Shown one piece after another: positions 1 through 9,562 of a stretch of 64,000 nt of DNA (the first letter of the stretch is position 1; each line of letters begins with the position of its first letter). A model generated the notes under the pieces. It was not told the origin of the DNA, did not search any database, and saw only the letters and a list, made by a program, of their open reading frames with translations. This stretch comes from Elainellaceae cyanobacterium. Lineage in GTDB: Bacteria > Cyanobacteriota > Cyanobacteriia > CAKZMO01. The DNA lies in NCBI GenBank assembly GCA_050330955.1, contig JBHJHJ010000084.1:323-64322 (forward strand). Reading direction: 5' to 3'. The position numbers were made by a program, and so were the translations under genes.

Positions 1-203
1 CTCACCGGTCAGGCTGAAGGCTGCTTAATAGCGTATTACGCTTTAGCAGGGTTGAATGTGCGCTTGATCATATTTTTTGCGCTGGTTCAGCTACTTAGGT
101 CACTTCAATTGAAATTTTTGGCTTTTAGTCGTTAAAATTTATGAACAGGGGTAATCTTGGCGACTAATCTGTGACTGGGCCAGTGATAAGCCAAAACCAT
201 ATT

Positions 204-242
204 GGGAACTAAAGCTTTCCATGAGGGAAAACTTTAGTTCCC
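204..242. repeat. Imperfect inverted repeat / stem-loop (16-nt arms, one mismatch, 7-nt loop)
   Basis: gggaactaaagctttc (204-219) pairs with gaaaactttagttccc (227-242). It lies 54 nt upstream of the start codon at 296. Confidence 0.6.
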
Positions 243-295
243 GACCTAAGTGGGGTTCTAAGACGGCCCGTAACGGTTGAGGATTAAACTAAAAT

Positions 296-2746
296 ATGGA
301 AGTCAAAGCTGCAGACGCCTCTTCCGGGGTACAGCCCGTAGTCCCTGATTCAAATGGACTCTCCCAGCTGGTTTCGCGATCGCTAGAAGTCATGGCCTGC
401 TATGGGCGCGATCGCCGCTACCGTGCTGTGAGTCCGGCCCTAGCCGAAGTCTTGGGATATAGCGCTAGCGCCCTGCTCGACCAGACCAATGCTGGGTTGG
501 CGGACTTGGCGGAGCACTCTGATGAGCCTGTGGCGATTCAAAGCTACTGGCGGCAAGTGGACGATGTCATCGCCACTGTCCTGCGGCAAGGGGAAGCCGA
601 GCGACGAATCCACCCTTTTCCAACGGCGGCGGGGGTCCAAATTTATGACACCACCTACACCCCGATCAAGAATGCGGATGGGCAGGTCATCCAGATTTTG
701 AGCATTAGCCGCGAAGCGCTGCCAGAGGTAAAAATGCGATCGCAGCTGGTAGCGCGTTCCGCGGCGGCCCCACCGTCCCAGGCCATCGTATCCGCTGAAA
801 TGCCTGACTTGGAGGTCCCCTCGCTCTCTAGGGTCTCTGTCACGCTGGAGCAAACTGCGTGGGGTCGGACTGAGCCTGCCGAATCAGAGCAGCGCGTCTC
901 CGCAGAGGCTGAATCTATTCATCAGACGGCTGAATTTTTGCAGCTCGTGCTGGACAACATTCTTCAACACATTTTTTGGAAAGATCGAAACTCGGTCTAC
1001 TTGGGCTGCAATCGCCGATGGGCAGAAATGACGGGCATTGGCGATCCGAGTAATGTGGTGGGATTGACAGACAACGACCTGCCCTGGACCAGAGCCCAGC
1101 GAGACTGGTACTTAGAGTGCGATCGCCGGGTGATGGAGACCGACACCCCAATGCTGCGCATCAAGCAGTCCCAGCGGGAAGCTGACGGGCGCATTAGCTG
1201 GCGGGAGACCAGTAAGCTGCCCCTGCATGACGCGGAGGGCAACGTTATCGGCCTGCTGGGCACCATTGAAGACGTCACCGAGCGCAAGATTGCCGAGGAT
1301 CTGCTGAACCAGTCTCGGGAGACCTTTCAAAAGCTGGCGAAGCAAAAGGGCCTGCTGAACCAAATCTCAGCCCAAATTCGCAAGTCCCTGAAGCCAGAGG
1401 TCATCCAGAAAACGATGGTCCACGAAATTCGTCAGCTCCTCAACGCTGACCGCGTGGTGATCTATCGGTTTGAAGCCGACTGGCGGGGTCTGGTGGTGGT
1501 GGAATCTGTGGTTCAGCCCTGGTGCTCCACCCTGGGCAATATTGGCGCCGACGATTGTTTTGCTGAGGAATATGCTGAGCTGTACCGTCAGGGGCGGGTG
1601 GAGGCCATCCCTGACGTTGAAGCAGCGGATATCGAAGCCTGCCACAAAGATTTTCTCAGGCAGCTTGGCGTGCGCGCCAACCTGATTGTGCCGATTTTAG
1701 ACCAGAGGAAACTGTGGGGCTTACTGATTACCCACCAGTGCTCAGGGCCGCGGCAGTGGAAAGAGAGCGAAATTGAGCTGCTGCAGGCCCTTGCGGGGCA
1801 GTTTGGCGTTGCAATTCAGCAAGCTGAGCTTCACACCCAGACGAAACGCAGCGCAGCCCTGGCCGAAGAGAGGGCCCAACAGCTTGAGGTGGCGCTTCAA
1901 GAGCTTAAGCAGGCCCAGTCTCAGCTCATCCAAACGGAGAAGATGTCGGTCCTGGGCAAGATGGTGGCCGGCATTGCCCACGAAATCAACAATCCAGTCA
2001 CCTTCATTCACGGCAATATCACCCATCTCAAAGGTTACTGCAGGGGCTTGGTTCAGCTGGTCGAGCTATATCAACAGCATTACCCCACCCCGCCGGTGGC
2101 GATCGCTCAACGGATTGAGGCCATAGAGCTAGACTACCTGCTGGAGGATTTGGGTAAGGTGCTTCAGTCCATCGAGATTGGCAGCATACGCATTCATCAG
2201 ATTGTGACATCGCTGCGGACGTTCTCCCGCTTAGATGAAGCCGAAAAGAAGGCCATCGACATCCACGCTGGCTTAGACAGTACGCTGCTGATTCTGCAGC
2301 ATCACATCCGGGCCCAGCCTAATCGCGCCGAGATTCAGATTTTTAAGGAGTATGGCGACCTGCCGCTGGTGGAATGCTATCCCAGCCAGCTCAATCAGGT
2401 GTTCATGAATTTAATCAGCAACGCCCTCGATGCCCTCGACCAGCAGATTGCGGACAGCGGACGGGCAGATATCGACGAGGCGCCCTACATCAAAATTGCG
2501 ACTCAAGTCCGTGACAATAAGGCCGTGATTACAATCTGCGACAACGGACCCGGCGTTGCAGCAGAGGATCAGCACCGGCTGTTCGAGCCTTTCTTTACCA
2601 CTAAGCCTGCGGGTAAAGGGACGGGACTGGGGCTTTCCATCAGCCATCAAATTGTAGTCAACAAGCACGGCGGGCAGCTGCGCCACACCTCTGAAGGGGT
2701 GAAAGGGTCGCAGTTTGAGGTCGTCATTCCCCTGCGCCAGCGCTAG
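296..2746 (+). CDS. Sensor histidine kinase with PAS, PAS and GAF input domains
   Basis: 816-aa ORF. PAS-like segments (SLEVMACYGRD.., LDNILQHIFWKDRNSVYLGCNRRWAEMTG). GAF-like segment (LLNADRVVIYRFEADWRGLVVVESV). H-box AGIAHEINNP, N-box VFMNLISNALDAL, G-boxes DNGPGV and GKGTGLGLSIS. No adjacent response regulator. Confidence 0.9.
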   Translation: MEVKAADASSGVQPVVPDSNGLSQLVSRSLEVMACYGRDRRYRAVSPALAEVLGYSASALLDQTNAGLADLAEHSDEPVAIQSYWRQVDDVIATVLRQGEAERRIHPFPTAAGVQIYDTTYTPIKNADGQVIQILSISREALPEVKMRSQLVARSAAAPPSQAIVSAEMPDLEVPSLSRVSVTLEQTAWGRTEPAESEQRVSAEAESIHQTAEFLQLVLDNILQHIFWKDRNSVYLGCNRRWAEMTGIGDPSNVVGLTDNDLPWTRAQRDWYLECDRRVMETDTPMLRIKQSQREADGRISWRETSKLPLHDAEGNVIGLLGTIEDVTERKIAEDLLNQSRETFQKLAKQKGLLNQISAQIRKSLKPEVIQKTMVHEIRQLLNADRVVIYRFEADWRGLVVVESVVQPWCSTLGNIGADDCFAEEYAELYRQGRVEAIPDVEAADIEACHKDFLRQLGVRANLIVPILDQRKLWGLLITHQCSGPRQWKESEIELLQALAGQFGVAIQQAELHTQTKRSAALAEERAQQLEVALQELKQAQSQLIQTEKMSVLGKMVAGIAHEINNPVTFIHGNITHLKGYCRGLVQLVELYQQHYPTPPVAIAQRIEAIELDYLLEDLGKVLQSIEIGSIRIHQIVTSLRTFSRLDEAEKKAIDIHAGLDSTLLILQHHIRAQPNRAEIQIFKEYGDLPLVECYPSQLNQVFMNLISNALDALDQQIADSGRADIDEAPYIKIATQVRDNKAVITICDNGPGVAAEDQHRLFEPFFTTKPAGKGTGLGLSISHQIVVNKHGGQLRHTSEGVKGSQFEVVIPLRQR

Positions 2747-2747
2747 C

Positions 2748-3692
2748 TCAGGGCACCGTTCCCTCAGGCAAGGAATAGATGTGCTGCGCAATCTCACCGG
2801 GATGGGTTACCCAAACCAAATCGCTGCTGCGTGCGGCGTCTTTCGCGATGTGCTCTAGCGATCGCCGCAGGTGACGCAGCCGAAACGGCTGACCGACAAT
2901 GTAGGGATGGAGCGCGATGCCGTAGACCAGAGGCTGCTGCTGGGACTGCTGCTTCATCTCTTCATACTGGTCAATGATCATGTCGGCAAAGTCCACGGCT
3001 GAGGTGCGGCGCACCGCGATCGCCGGGATGTCGTTGACCTCTTGGGAGTAGGGCACCGCCAGAATGCGGCCTTGGCGGGTGTTGAACCAGATTGGCTGGT
3101 CGTCGCAGCACCAGTCCAGCAAGTAGGGATACTTCGCCTCCTGCAGCAGGTCGGGGGTGAGGTGGCTTTGGGCAATCCAGGGGCCAAGCCAGCCCTGGGG
3201 CGCTTTGCCCTCGTGCTGGGTCAATACTTCAGTTGTCTCCGCAATGAGCGCCGCTTCAGCGGCTTCAGAGAGGACGCTTTGTCGTTCAGAGTTGGTGCGT
3301 CCGTGGGCCACCACCTCATCGCCGCGGCTGCGAAACGCCGCCATCACCTCGGGGCAGTAGTCGTATAGGCTGGCATTGGCCAGCACTGCCACGGGCAGAC
3401 CCAAAGTCTCAAACAGGTCCAAAAGCCGCCATACGCCGACTCGGTTGCCGTAGTCTCGCCAGGCATAGTTCAGCACGTCAGGTTCAGGGCCACCGGGGGC
3501 GAGCTGTGCGCCTAAGCCCTCTCCAAAGGCAAAGTGCTCTAAGTTCAACGCCACATAGACTGCAAGGCGCTGCCCCTGGGGCCAGCTGTAGTCGGGTCTA
3601 TGGATGATGGCGGAGTAGCCGTAGCGTCCGTGGGTGGATAAGTCCAACAAAAACTCCCGAAAAGCGCAATCTGTGAGCTGGCTCACAGACAA
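2748..3692 (-). CDS. Polysaccharide deacetylase family protein (PuuE-like)
   Basis: 314-aa ORF. The N-terminal pattern YSWPQGQRLAVYVALNLEHFAFGEG and the VAHGRTNSE segment resemble the PuuE / polysaccharide deacetylase fold. Called from memory of the family, not from a search. Confidence 0.6.
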   Translation of the reverse strand: MSVSQLTDCAFREFLLDLSTHGRYGYSAIIHRPDYSWPQGQRLAVYVALNLEHFAFGEGLGAQLAPGGPEPDVLNYAWRDYGNRVGVWRLLDLFETLGLPVAVLANASLYDYCPEVMAAFRSRGDEVVAHGRTNSERQSVLSEAAEAALIAETTEVLTQHEGKAPQGWLGPWIAQSHLTPDLLQEAKYPYLLDWCCDDQPIWFNTRQGRILAVPYSQEVNDIPAIAVRRTSAVDFADMIIDQYEEMKQQSQQQPLVYGIALHPYIVGQPFRLRHLRRSLEHIAKDAARSSDLVWVTHPGEIAQHIYSLPEGTVP

Positions 3693-3726
3693 ATGACAGC
3701 ATAAGTTTCCGCCAAGACTTTGTCAT

Positions 3727-3777
3727 TGTCAAATAAAACCAGATGTCAAATAAAACTAGATGTTAAATAAAAACCCA
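3727..3777. promoter_or_regulatory. Three tandem 17-nt direct repeats in a divergent promoter region
   Basis: tgtcaaataaaaccaga (3727-3743), tgtcaaataaaactaga (3744-3760), tgttaaataaaaaccca (3761-3777). They lie between the divergent starts at 3692 (-) and 3828 (+). Confidence 0.6.
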
Positions 3778-3827
3778 AAGCCCTCAGCCTGTTAAGGTGA
3801 CGACAGATTCGCTAGCGATGTCCATAT

Positions 3828-5426
3828 ATGTCCCGACACCTGTTTGCAGCTGAAGCCCTGGCCCACATCCCCAAAATTTTGACGCTGCAGGACCGCAACC
3901 CCCACAGCCCGACATACGGCTGCTTCGATCGCAACTTTTGGCAATATAAAATTATTGATTTTCCCAGCGGCATGGCCCAAGAATTTGTGCTGCCGCTGGC
4001 CTTGGTCTACGCGCTGCCCCTCCCCGACAATCCTTACTACCAGCAGCTTGCCCTACGCCACTGGATCGTGGCGGGCATGCACTACGCCGCCCGCAGTGCC
4101 CACCCCGACGGCTCCTGTGACGACTATTTCCCGTTTGAGCGCGCCAGCGGAGCTGCGGCCTTTTCCCTGCTGGCCTGCCTTGACAGCTACCAACTGCTGG
4201 CCACAGAAGACCCGGCGCTGCTGCAGTTCTTTCAGCGGCGCGCCGATTGGCTGGCCCATCACCAAGAGAGCGGCAGGCTTACAAATCACCAGGCTTTGAT
4301 TGCCCTTTGTCTGAGGCTGGCGGGAGATCTGCTGCACACCGATCGCTGGCAGGGGGCGAGTCGCGATCGCCTGGCCCAGGTGCTGAGCTGGCAAAATCCT
4401 GAGGGCTGGTTTCAAGAGTACGAAGGCTGCGACACCGGCTACCAGACCCTGACTATTGGCTGCCTAGCGCGGCTGTATGACCTGCAGCCCACCAGCGAAC
4501 TGAAGGACGCGATCGCCAAAGCCGTGCTGCTGACGGCCCACTTTATCCACCCCGATGGCTCCTACGGCGGGGAATACACCAGCCGCAACACCTACAACTA
4601 CTTTCCCCACGGGTTTGAGCGGGTGGGCCGCTGGCTGCCGGAGGCCCTCAGCATCAATGATCAGTTTTTGAGCGGTCTCGGTCAGGGGCGCGGGGCTTGC
4701 TACGCCGATGACCATATTGTGGGGCACCACACCTGGAGCTATTTGCTGGCCTGGCGCAATTTTGTAGAGACGCGGTCAGGGGCACCACTGCCCCAAGAGC
4801 GGCTGTGGCTCCCCGAGGCCCGCATCCTCGTGGAGCGCCGTGGGGACACCACCCTCTATGTGGCACTTAATAAGGGCGGCGTGTTTAAGCTGTTTCGGGG
4901 CGATCGCCTCGTGGTCTCCGACACCCAGATCTCCCTGCAGGTGAGGGCAGACGGCGGTGTGAAAAATGCCGTAGGCCACCTGGTAGGCCAGTATCCGGTT
5001 GAGGTGGGGGAGAATCAGATTACCATCAGCGGTGCCCTAGGCTGGGCGAAACAGACCCAAATGACGCCCCCAAAGCTGATGGTGCTGCGCATCGTCATGC
5101 TGACGGTGGGTCGGTTCTTCCCTAACCTGGTGCGTCGCCTGCTGCAAAAAGTGCTGATTACTGGAAAAACTGCCGCTCCCTTTCAATTTGAGCGGCAGTT
5201 TCAGTGGCGAGAGGGCAAGTGGCACGTGCGCGACGCCATCACCCCTACCCAGCCAGAGGGCTGGAGCCGGGTCACGGCGGCTGGCATCGCCCCCGCTCAG
5301 ACCTCGATCTACGTCGTCATGAGCCGCACATACCAGCCGGGGCAGCTACAGCCCTGGCTGAATTTGGCGGCTCATGTGCGCAAGCTCGAACCCAATGAAC
5401 CGTTAATTCTGGATCGATCGCTCTAA
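3828..5426 (+). CDS. Conserved hypothetical protein, 532 aa, no motif recognised
   Basis: Long ORF with native-looking codon usage and several HIP1 sites. The repeated hydrophobic/aromatic helical pattern (NHQALIALCLRLAGDLL, GYQTLTIGCLARLYD) hints at an alpha/alpha toroid, but this is only an impression. Confidence 0.7.
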   Translation: MSRHLFAAEALAHIPKILTLQDRNPHSPTYGCFDRNFWQYKIIDFPSGMAQEFVLPLALVYALPLPDNPYYQQLALRHWIVAGMHYAARSAHPDGSCDDYFPFERASGAAAFSLLACLDSYQLLATEDPALLQFFQRRADWLAHHQESGRLTNHQALIALCLRLAGDLLHTDRWQGASRDRLAQVLSWQNPEGWFQEYEGCDTGYQTLTIGCLARLYDLQPTSELKDAIAKAVLLTAHFIHPDGSYGGEYTSRNTYNYFPHGFERVGRWLPEALSINDQFLSGLGQGRGACYADDHIVGHHTWSYLLAWRNFVETRSGAPLPQERLWLPEARILVERRGDTTLYVALNKGGVFKLFRGDRLVVSDTQISLQVRADGGVKNAVGHLVGQYPVEVGENQITISGALGWAKQTQMTPPKLMVLRIVMLTVGRFFPNLVRRLLQKVLITGKTAAPFQFERQFQWREGKWHVRDAITPTQPEGWSRVTAAGIAPAQTSIYVVMSRTYQPGQLQPWLNLAAHVRKLEPNEPLILDRSL

Positions 5427-6683
5427 AGCGGGGGTTGGAACTTGATCAAAGGCGATCGCCTCTCGGTCGAGTCCCCCGTCTTGGCTTTGGCCCAGTTCTG
5501 ACCTATCCGGCTCCATATAAGTCGCCAGCTCACCCTGGTAGTTCTGCAGCAGCACCTTGCCATTAGGCTCGCGGGCAAGCAAGTATTGGGGCATTACAGG
5601 CACCTTGCCGCCGCCGCCAGGGCTATCGATCACATAGGTCGGCACCGCATAGCCGCTGGTGTAGCCCTGCAGCCCTCGAATAATCTCAAGCCCTTTGTCG
5701 ATTGAGGTGCGGAAATGGCCTGCCCCCTTGACCAAATCGCACTGGTATAGATAGTAAGGCCGTACTCTATTTCTGACCAGCTTGTGAACCAGCTGCCGCT
5801 GAACCTCAAGGGAGTCATTGATCCCTGCCAACAAGACGCTTTGATTGCCCAGAGGAATACCCGCATCAGCCAGCCGAGAGAGGGCCTGGCTTACTTCAGG
5901 GGTAATTTCCTTGGGGTGGTTGATGTGGACGTTCATCCACAGCGGATGGTGCTTTCGAAGCACCGCACAGAGCTCAGGGGTAATGCGCTGGGGCAAAAAG
6001 CTCGGAACCCGGCTTCCAATGCGAACGATTTCGATGTGCTCTATCGCCCGTAGGGAAGACAGAAGATGGTCTAAAAGCGATTCAGATAGGGTCAACGGGT
6101 CCCCGCCACTCAGCAAAACGTCCCTCACCTGGGGTGTTTTTCTTAAGTAGTCGAGCTGGGCTTCAAACGTGCTGACCCCCATGGTTTTGTCGAAATCGCC
6201 CACCATTCTGCTGCGGGTACAGTACCGGCAGTAGCTGGCACAGTGGGTCGTGACCAGCATCAGGACTCTATCGGGATAGCGATGGACGATGCCTGGTACA
6301 GGGCTGTCCTCATCCTCCCCTAGGCTATCGGTCATCATGCCCTTAAAGTCTTTTAGCTCTCGGCCTAAAGGCACTACCTGGCGCCGAATAGGACAGTTGG
6401 GGTCATCTGAAGCAATCAGACCTGCAAAGTAGGGCGTGATGTCTACGCGAAAGCGATTTTGGGCCTGCAGACCCTCCAACTCTTCAGGGGTCAGGTTAAG
6501 GATTTCGCCAAGTTCGTCTACAGCGCTGATGCGGTGCTTGAGTTGCCACTGCCAGCTATTCCAGTCTTTGTCTGGAACATGGGTAAATTTAGAAGGGCGT
6601 TTGCTCGTCGCTGGTCTTCCCAAGGTAGACATAATCAATACTCCATTAGTCAAATGTTCAGGACGGGTGGTCTGATGTATCAA
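5403..6683 (-). CDS. KamA-family radical SAM protein (lysine 2,3-aminomutase-like)
   Basis: CASYCRYCTRS (CxxxCxxC cluster), LLSGGDPL, and an N-terminal WQWQLKHRI motif typical of KamA. The start could instead be the internal Met at 6632. The 3' end overlaps the convergent ORF 3828..5426 by 24 nt. Confidence 0.85.
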   Translation of the reverse strand: MIHQTTRPEHLTNGVLIMSTLGRPATSKRPSKFTHVPDKDWNSWQWQLKHRISAVDELGEILNLTPEELEGLQAQNRFRVDITPYFAGLIASDDPNCPIRRQVVPLGRELKDFKGMMTDSLGEDEDSPVPGIVHRYPDRVLMLVTTHCASYCRYCTRSRMVGDFDKTMGVSTFEAQLDYLRKTPQVRDVLLSGGDPLTLSESLLDHLLSSLRAIEHIEIVRIGSRVPSFLPQRITPELCAVLRKHHPLWMNVHINHPKEITPEVSQALSRLADAGIPLGNQSVLLAGINDSLEVQRQLVHKLVRNRVRPYYLYQCDLVKGAGHFRTSIDKGLEIIRGLQGYTSGYAVPTYVIDSPGGGGKVPVMPQYLLAREPNGKVLLQNYQGELATYMEPDRSELGQSQDGGLDREAIAFDQVPTPALERSIQN

Positions 6684-6810
6684 AATGTAATCAAAACACT
6701 TTGGCCACAGCGCTTCTCACGCCAGGGGGCCCTGGGTAGTGGCGGTGCACTGCACCACTACTACCCAGGTCGGGATCTGTCGTGATTGAAAGCTAATATG
6801 GGAGCAGACC

Positions 6811-6852
6811 TGAACGATTTGGAATAGCTTTGATACTGTGCCAAATCGTTCA
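6811..6852. repeat. Perfect 12-bp inverted repeat with an 18-nt loop
   Basis: tgaacgatttgg (6811-6822) and ccaaatcgttca (6841-6852). It lies in the 576-nt gap between the divergent kamA-like gene and the kinase gene. Confidence 0.6.
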
Positions 6853-7259
6853 AATTGAACTCTTTCCTCGTCTCATGCTGAAGTATCGCCCACCCCGTCT
6901 AGGCTGCCATCAGTGACGATGCACAAAGCAGAACAATAAATATTACAATCGCACTAGCGAATATTACGACCATTTCAATATACTGATGTGTAGGCGGCGA
7001 TCGCTCGCTACGTGCCTCTTACGAGTCGGTAGTCCCATTTGCCTGCAGCGGGCATTGGTCTGTGCAGGTTGCACGCCGCGCCAGGTTTGCTAGATTATGA
7101 GTTGAGGTGCGTTAATACGTGGTGGTATTCCGGGCATCTTCTACGATTAATACCGTGTGTAGAGGCGCTAGTGTTAAGCAGCACCCCTATGTTCAAGCTC
7201 GAGACAGGGATTGATTCTGCAACTCCAGTTGCTCTACACGGCCTGAAAGCAAGATACGA

Positions 7260-9449
7260 GTGAGCAGAAAATTGCCAGATCGTCCCTCTATTCCGCTAAA
7301 TATAGTTTTAGTGGTTCCCTTTTTACTAGAAATTTTTGCGGCAGTAGGGTTGACTGGATTCTTTTCCCTCCGAAATGGGGAACGGGCTGTGCAAGAGCTA
7401 GCCGTTCAGCTTCAGCAGGAAATTGGCAACCGCATTGAACTGCATCTGATGAGCCATCTGGAAGACTCTCAGCAGGTAAATCTTATCAATGCTGAGGCAA
7501 TCCGGTTCGGAATTCTAGATATCGGTGACGCAGATTCACTCGAGCAGCAGTTTTGGCGACAGATTAGAACATTTCCGTCCCTAGACTATATTTATTTTGG
7601 CCACGAGGAAAGAGGAGGATATGCCGGAGTCGGACGCTCGAATACCCAATGGCCCAACATTGAAGAGACAGAAGACTATGTTGCCGGAGACTTTTTAATC
7701 TACGAAACGGATAGTCAAGGTAACCGGCAAGCTCTACTCAGCCAAGATCCAGGATACGATCCGCGTAGACGAGGCTGGTATAGAGATGCTGTAGCCGATA
7801 GGGGCATGGGCTGGAGTGAGATTTACAGCTTTTTCCCTGATCCAATTCTGGGTATCTCAGCAACATTACCAATTTATGGAGAAGATGGAGAGCTGCTAGG
7901 AGTTTTGAGCAATGACGTCGTTTTAAGCGATATTCAAGACTTTCTCGAAAACCTCAATATTCTCCAAACGGGACAGGCCTTTTTAATTGAACGCAATGGT
8001 CGCTTGATTGCAAGCTCACATCTTGAGGATGTCTTTGTTGCGTCTGGAGCTGAGGGCGAGGAACCAGAGCGGTCTGTATTAGTCGATGTTAAAGAACCTA
8101 CACTGCAGCTCACGGGGAAGACGCTCAAATCGAAAGTATCTGACTTGAACGAGATTCAGCAGCCGGTAGAACTATCCTTTTCCTTTGAAGAGGAACGGTA
8201 CTTTGTTCGAATCATCCCAGTTCAAGATGAACTAGGGTTAGATTGGCTCATGGGCGTGATTTTACCAGAGTCTGCTTTTACAGAGCGAATCAATGCCAAT
8301 ACTCGCACCACAGTAGGTCTGTGCGCCCTAGCGCTTTTAGGCGCAATATTGCTGGGGATTGCGACATCCTACTGGATTAAACGCCGTCTGACCAAGCTTA
8401 CTGAGGCAGCTCATGCGATGTCACGGGGCGAGCTAGATCAAAAAATCGACCCCACTCAACTCCGTGAGCTTGACGACCTGGGACAGTCTTTTAACATCAT
8501 GGCTGAACAACTAAAGCGGGTAATTGGAGACTTAGAAGAGAGTAATTTAACTTTAGAAAATCGCGTCGATGAGAGAACTGCGGAGCTTTCCAGCACGTTG
8601 ACGAATTTGAAGCGCACCCAGTCTCAACTTGTTCAGACCGAGAAAATGTCAAGCTTAGGCCAGCTCGTAGCGGGTATTGCCCACGAAATTAACAATCCGC
8701 TGAATTTTGTTTCGGGCAACCTGACCTATACAAGGCAATATGCTGAAGAGTTATTGTCACTCTTAAGCCTGTATCAAGAGTTTTACTCCCAGCCTGATCC
8801 AGTTCTTTCCGACTACATTTCCAAAATAGATCTTGACTTTCTTAAAAGCGACTTCCCAAATGTAATTCGATCTATGAAGTTGGGGACAGAGCGCATTCTC
8901 AATATCGTCTCTTCCCTGAAAGGGTTTTCCCACTTGAATGAAGCAGAGCAGAAATCGGTCGATATCCATAAAGGACTCGACAGCACCTTGATCATTTTAC
9001 AAAGTGAGTTCAAAGCCAACGATGCGCTTGCCGAAATCGAAATTGTCAGAGACTACGGTGACTTACCGCTGGTTAGGTGCTACCCCGATCGGCTCTGTCA
9101 GGTGTTCATGAATCTGCTTACCAACGCGAAAGACGCCCTGAATGAAGTAAGCCTTCAGCCCTCAGAGTTCCAGCCTCAAATTAGAATCCAGACTGGCTTG
9201 ACTAGCGACGGTCAGATTGAAATCAGTATTATGGACAATGGCCCTGGTATTCCCAACGAAATTCAATCTCGGCTGTATGATCCATTCTTTACCACCAAAC
9301 CAGTGGGGAAAGGGACGGGATTAGGCCTGGCCATCAGTTTTCAAATTGTGGTCGAGCAACACGGCGGCGCTCTAAGGTGTATCTCAAATCCAGGCGAAGG
9401 AACCCAATTCGTCATTTCGCTGCCTAAATACCGCTATGGTGAGGATTGA
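7260..9449 (+). CDS. Membrane sensor histidine kinase (Cache-like periplasmic domain, HAMP, HisKA, HATPase)
   Basis: GTG start. Two TM helices (IPLNIVLVVPFLLEIFAAVGLTGFF and TTVGLCALALLGAILLGIATSYWI) bracket a roughly 300-aa ectodomain. HAMP segment (LTKLTEAAHAMSRGELDQKI), H-box AGIAHEINNP, DNGPGI, GKGTGLGLAIS. Confidence 0.9.
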   Translation: MSRKLPDRPSIPLNIVLVVPFLLEIFAAVGLTGFFSLRNGERAVQELAVQLQQEIGNRIELHLMSHLEDSQQVNLINAEAIRFGILDIGDADSLEQQFWRQIRTFPSLDYIYFGHEERGGYAGVGRSNTQWPNIEETEDYVAGDFLIYETDSQGNRQALLSQDPGYDPRRRGWYRDAVADRGMGWSEIYSFFPDPILGISATLPIYGEDGELLGVLSNDVVLSDIQDFLENLNILQTGQAFLIERNGRLIASSHLEDVFVASGAEGEEPERSVLVDVKEPTLQLTGKTLKSKVSDLNEIQQPVELSFSFEEERYFVRIIPVQDELGLDWLMGVILPESAFTERINANTRTTVGLCALALLGAILLGIATSYWIKRRLTKLTEAAHAMSRGELDQKIDPTQLRELDDLGQSFNIMAEQLKRVIGDLEESNLTLENRVDERTAELSSTLTNLKRTQSQLVQTEKMSSLGQLVAGIAHEINNPLNFVSGNLTYTRQYAEELLSLLSLYQEFYSQPDPVLSDYISKIDLDFLKSDFPNVIRSMKLGTERILNIVSSLKGFSHLNEAEQKSVDIHKGLDSTLIILQSEFKANDALAEIEIVRDYGDLPLVRCYPDRLCQVFMNLLTNAKDALNEVSLQPSEFQPQIRIQTGLTSDGQIEISIMDNGPGIPNEIQSRLYDPFFTTKPVGKGTGLGLAISFQIVVEQHGGALRCISNPGEGTQFVISLPKYRYGED

Positions 9450-9562
9450 CTTTAATCCTGCTCGGCACTGACACGTCACTTCGCAGTTCATGAGTGATCT
9501 AGGATTGCCATATGATTAGGCGATAAAATTAGGTCGTAAGCAATGCGATCGCCCCAGCCTGA

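Noticed and set aside
440-2797. Numerous 60-130-aa ORFs antisense to, or out of frame within, the first kinase gene. The same pattern occurs inside every other long gene in the track.
   Set aside because: They are fully nested in long ORFs that have clear domain motifs. High GC content gives long random open frames, and none shows a recognisable motif.
7039-7263. A 74-aa ORF immediately upstream of, and overlapping, the kinase start.
   Set aside because: It has a non-ATG start, no motif, and lies in promoter-like AT-richer DNA. It is more likely a leader region.
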